From: a virus
Virus record (IMG/VR): IMGVR_UViG_2518645621_000001
Length of the DNA: 45,334 nt
Reading direction: 5' to 3' (one strand)
Positions 42,429-45,334 of the stretch are shown here, piece after piece. The position numbers were made by a program, and so were the translations under genes. Position 1 is the first letter of the stretch. Every line of letters starts with the position of its first letter. The notes under the pieces are model-generated. The model searched no databases, was not told the DNA's origin, and saw nothing but the letters and a program-made list of their open reading frames with translations.

Positions 42429-43055
42429 ATGTGGATGGCAAAAAAGATGTTACCGGAATACGTGTTTGACGCTGCTCAACTTGAAGGAAACCCCATGACT
42501 TTCCCAGAAATACAAACTTTGCTTGATGGAATCACTGTCGGTGGACACAAGATTAGCGATGCCCAACAAATTTTAAACCTCCAAGAAGCCTGGAAAAAAG
42601 CATTTGCTTACGCCAATAAAAATACACTTATTATCGATAAGACACTCTATCTTGATATACATAGCAGCGTTGCTAAAGAAGAAGCGATGGAATGGGGTGT
42701 TTTCCGTTCTGGATCTGTTGGGATTGCTGGGACAACATCTTATTCTGCTCCAGATGCTTCCTGTCTGAATGATATTTTCGACAAAGAACTGCCGGTGATT
42801 TTATCAATCAGAAATATTGAGGAACGCGCGATTCGCCTTTTTCTCTGGGGTGCTTATAATCAGTTCTTTTGGGATGGAAATAAACGCACCAGTCGTATTG
42901 TTACTAACATTGTGTTAATGCATTATGATGTGGGAATCTTCAATATAAAAGCAAAAGATATTGTTGAATTTAATACATTGATGGTAGATTTTTATAATAC
43001 AAATGAAACCACCTACATTTACCCCTTTTTGAAAGAAAAATGCATTGTAAAATAA
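42429..43055 (+). CDS. Fic/Doc-fold protein with degenerate, His-less, Doc-like motif QFFWDGNKRTSR
   Basis: Motif at 42861-42896 aligns with HPFIDGNGRTGR of the next gene. N-terminal AAQLEGN at 42471-42491. The start is ambiguous (42345 TTG, or 42429/42435/42446 ATG). Confidence 0.7.
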   Translation: MWMAKKMLPEYVFDAAQLEGNPMTFPEIQTLLDGITVGGHKISDAQQILNLQEAWKKAFAYANKNTLIIDKTLYLDIHSSVAKEEAMEWGVFRSGSVGIAGTTSYSAPDASCLNDIFDKELPVILSIRNIEERAIRLFLWGAYNQFFWDGNKRTSRIVTNIVLMHYDVGIFNIKAKDIVEFNTLMVDFYNTNETTYIYPFLKEKCIVK

Positions 43056-43103
43056 AAAAACGTTCCTAGATAACAGGAACGTACAAAACTAGGAAGTGAT
43101 CAT

Positions 43104-43838
43104 ATGGATTTCACAAAAATAGAAGAACTCCGTACAACGCTTAAAATGATACAACCACTAAATACTGGTGAACTAAAACGTTTGCGCGATGAATTCATTA
43201 TTGATAATACTTACAACTCAAATGCAATCGAAGGAAATGTCTTAACGCTGGAAGAAACAGCACTCATTCTTCAATTAGGTATTACGATTGCAGAAAAACC
43301 AATCAAGGATCATCTAGAAGCGATCGGTCACAAGGATGCTTTTGAATACATCATTCAGATTGCTGCTGACGAAACCGACCTTACTGAACACGTCATCAAA
43401 ACCGTTCATTCTCTTGTACTCATAAATGATGCAAACAATCGTGGAGTCTACCGTAGCTTACCAGTGAAAATCCTTGGTTCTGAGCATATACCCATACAAC
43501 CATATTTAGTGCCGATACAAATGGAAGAACTTGTCCAAGATTACACAAAGATGCAGCAAGAAAAGCATATCATTGAAGCAATTGCTGAATTTCACCTTCG
43601 CTTTGAAAGTATCCATCCATTCATTGATGGCAATGGTCGTACTGGGCGTCTTCTTATGAATCTGGAACTTATCAAAGCGGGTATGATGCCAGTCAATATT
43701 AAATTTACAGATCGTCTTAAGTATTATAATACTTTTGATGCTTATCGAAACGACAATGATATCGAAGCAATGACGGCTCTTATTGCCAATTATGAAGTTG
43801 AGGAATTAGAAAAACATATTCAAATTTTAGCTCAATAA
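43104..43838 (+). CDS. Fic-domain protein (canonical HPFIDGNGRTGR), class II with N-terminal inhibitory SNAIEGN motif
   Basis: Fic motif at 43614-43649. The [ST]xxxE[GN] motif is at 43218-43238. Confidence 0.9.
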   Translation: MDFTKIEELRTTLKMIQPLNTGELKRLRDEFIIDNTYNSNAIEGNVLTLEETALILQLGITIAEKPIKDHLEAIGHKDAFEYIIQIAADETDLTEHVIKTVHSLVLINDANNRGVYRSLPVKILGSEHIPIQPYLVPIQMEELVQDYTKMQQEKHIIEAIAEFHLRFESIHPFIDGNGRTGRLLMNLELIKAGMMPVNIKFTDRLKYYNTFDAYRNDNDIEAMTALIANYEVEELEKHIQILAQ

Positions 43839-43894
43839 TATAAAAAAACCGCCCAGTGCTACCAACACTGAACGGCTTATGGGGTAACTAACCT

Positions 43895-43938
43895 GAGGTC
43901 AATCACCTAACCCACTTAAATTATACTTGATTGACCTC
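43895..43938. repeat. Perfect 11-bp inverted repeat GAGGTCAATCA / TGATTGACCTC upstream of int
   Basis: The arms (43895-43905 and 43928-43938) are separated by 22 nt and end 30 nt before the int start. Confidence 0.6.
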
Positions 43939-43968
43939 TAAAAATAAACAAGTTAGAGGTATTAAATT

Positions 43969-45183
43969 ATGAAAAAACGTGCAAATGGCGAAGGTACCAT
44001 CTATTTTGATGAAAAGAAGCAGCTTTATAGAGCTATGCTTATGACTCCTGCAGGTAAACGTATGACAAAATCATCCAAAGATGAAATCCTTGTCAAAGAT
44101 TGGTTAAATGAGCAGCGGCTCTTAATCGGTCGTAACCAGCATGTTGAGCCATCTGCGCTGACACTTTATCAATGGCTTGTAACCTTTGTAGAAAACTACG
44201 CAAAACCAAAAGTAAGACAACGCACCTACGAGCGATATGAATCCCTTATTTATCATACTGAGATGCTGGGGAATATCCCAATTCAAAAAATAACTCCAAT
44301 ACACCTACAAACTCTATATAATTCCATGCTGGAAATAGGATTTTCTGGGGAAACGACTAAGAAAGTCCATCAGCTCATTAATGCTGCTTTTCATCGCGCA
44401 CAAATTAATAAATACATTCAAAGCAATCCTGCAGAATTAGTAGATACCCCCAAAGTAATACGTAAAGAAATCGAAATTTTTAATAAAAATGAAGTTGAAC
44501 TACTTTTAGATCAAGCAAAAACTTCAAAATACTACCCATTTTTATTATTAGCTTTTACAAGCGGAATGAGGCTAGGTGAATTGCTAGGCTTAAGATGGCA
44601 GGATATCGATATGACAAACAATCAAGTAAGTGTAAATCAGAGCCTGCAAAATACGAATAAAATTGGCATCATTTTTGAACCACCTAAAACTAAAAATAGT
44701 AAACGTAAAATAACAATCCCTTTACAGACAATTACCGCTTTAAAAGAGCATAAAAAAGAATGGTCCAAAAGTAAACTCAAAAATCCTGACGCCCTATACC
44801 CGGATTTAGTTTTTGTAACATCAAAACATACTCCGCTATTGCCACAAAATTTTTTAAAACGTTTTTGGAAACGTGTACAAATCGATGTAGAATTTAAAAT
44901 GAATAAATTTGAAGCTAAACCCATGAGCGTAAAACAAACAGTAGATGATATTTTATCTGCGTGTAGGAAGCGAAAAGATTGGCAACAATTGACGCATCGG
45001 AATTTCCATGTAATCAGGCATACTTACGCAACTACATTACTAGCTGCCGGTGTCCCTATTATTGATGTATCGCGTTCACTCGGTCATGCCAGAGTATCAA
45101 CGACACTTGACATCTATGGTCACGCTATTCCAGAAAACAAACAAGTAATTGCCGATGAAATTGCAAATGCTTTTTTAAAATAA
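43969..45183 (+). CDS. int: Tyrosine recombinase / phage integrase
   Basis: N-terminal RANGEGTIY arm-binding-type start. The C-terminal catalytic pattern is HVIRHTYATTLL...LGHARVSTTLDIYGH. Confidence 0.93.
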   Translation: MKKRANGEGTIYFDEKKQLYRAMLMTPAGKRMTKSSKDEILVKDWLNEQRLLIGRNQHVEPSALTLYQWLVTFVENYAKPKVRQRTYERYESLIYHTEMLGNIPIQKITPIHLQTLYNSMLEIGFSGETTKKVHQLINAAFHRAQINKYIQSNPAELVDTPKVIRKEIEIFNKNEVELLLDQAKTSKYYPFLLLAFTSGMRLGELLGLRWQDIDMTNNQVSVNQSLQNTNKIGIIFEPPKTKNSKRKITIPLQTITALKEHKKEWSKSKLKNPDALYPDLVFVTSKHTPLLPQNFLKRFWKRVQIDVEFKMNKFEAKPMSVKQTVDDILSACRKRKDWQQLTHRNFHVIRHTYATTLLAAGVPIIDVSRSLGHARVSTTLDIYGHAIPENKQVIADEIANAFLK

Positions 45184-45186
45184 CAA

Positions 45187-45225
45187 AAGGATGTCTCATT
45201 TTATTGAGACATCCTTAATTTTTTA
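45187..45225 (+). terminator. Rho-independent terminator of int
   Basis: Perfect 12-bp stem AAGGATGTCTCA/TGAGACATCCTT with loop TTTTAT, followed by AATTTTTTA. Confidence 0.85.
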
Positions 45226-45228
45226 TCA

Positions 45229-45250
45229 TCGTTGCACACTCGTTGCACAC
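45229..45250 (+). repeat. Tandem 11-bp repeat TCGTTGCACAC x2 abutting the att repeat (candidate arm-type sites)
   Basis: Exact tandem duplication between the int terminator and the 86-bp repeat, in the same orientation as 197-218. Confidence 0.6.
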
Positions 45251-45258
45251 TTTTATAA

Positions 45259-45288
45259 AATAAAAAACGCTCCCGAACCTCGGAAGCG
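45259..45288 (-). terminator. Rho-independent terminator downstream of the tRNA (copy in attR repeat)
   Basis: Identical sequence to 11-40. Confidence 0.7.
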
Positions 45289-45298
45289 GTGTATTCAT

Positions 45299-45334
45299 TG
45301 GTGCGACTGCCGCGATTCGAACGCGGGACCCACG
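45299..45334 (-). tRNA. 3' part of a tRNA gene whose 5' part would lie beyond the window end
   Basis: Same T-arm/acceptor/CCA sequence as 51-86, adjacent to the integrase as expected for the reconstituted tRNA. Confidence 0.65.

Larger units (their letters stand above)
1..45334. mobile_element. Integrated temperate prophage with contractile (PBSX/Xkd-like) tail, bounded by 86-bp direct repeats
   Basis: Integrase, repressor/Cro switch, replication, packaging, head, tail and lysis modules lie in canonical order between identical repeats at both window ends. Confidence 0.9.
45249..45334. repeat. attR-side copy of 86-bp perfect direct repeat
   Basis: Identical to 1-86 and truncated by the window end. 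Confidence 0.9.

Overview
The window is one complete integrated temperate prophage of about 45.2 kb. The strong GGAGG-type ribosome-binding sites, a Cheo-type LexA box and PBSX/Xkd-like tail genes point to a low-GC Firmicutes-type host.

Boundaries: a perfect 86-bp direct repeat (1-86 = 45249-45334) carries a terminator plus the last 36 nt (T-arm, acceptor strand, CCA) of a minus-strand tRNA gene. This is classical tRNA-targeted integration, with the tyrosine integrase next to the right junction.

Gene order, right to left:
- Plus-strand lysogeny block: integrase, two tandem Fic-fold genes, an ImmA-like protease and an XRE repressor.
- Divergent switch region with a Cro-like gene.
- Minus-strand early and replication genes: SMC-like ATPase, Sak4-like ATPase, DUF669, SF2 helicase, a primase-helicase with an adjacent iteron origin, RusA and an HNH-like protein.
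- ArpU-like late regulator, followed by a 590-bp structured gap holding a plus-strand 29-codon hydrophobic-peptide gene.
- Packaging and head genes: TerS, TerL, portal, a MuF-family head protein with a C-terminal HExxH domain, scaffold, capsid and connectors.
- Tail genes: sheath, tube, a chaperone with a textbook -1 frameshift signal, an AT-rich secreted-protein insertion, tape measure, XkdP-to-XkdU-like baseplate and the tail fibre.
- Lysis cassette: XhlA-like protein, holin, lysozyme-like endolysin and two almost fully overlapping spanin-like ORFs.
- Cargo next to attL: a LamG-domain gene behind a LexA box, and a very AT-rich m5C methyltransferase plus HNH nuclease pair.

The candidates most worth follow-up:
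- the dual-frame spanin-like locus;
- the Fic plus His-less Doc-like Fic pair beside int;
- the oppositely oriented 277-aa membrane-anchored orphan with a convergent 52-codon ORF;
- the type I toxin-antitoxin-like cassette;
- the MuF-metallopeptidase fusion with an overlapping 49-codon ORF;
- the methyltransferase with a ~235-aa insertion.

All functional calls come from motif reading by eye. No database search was run.
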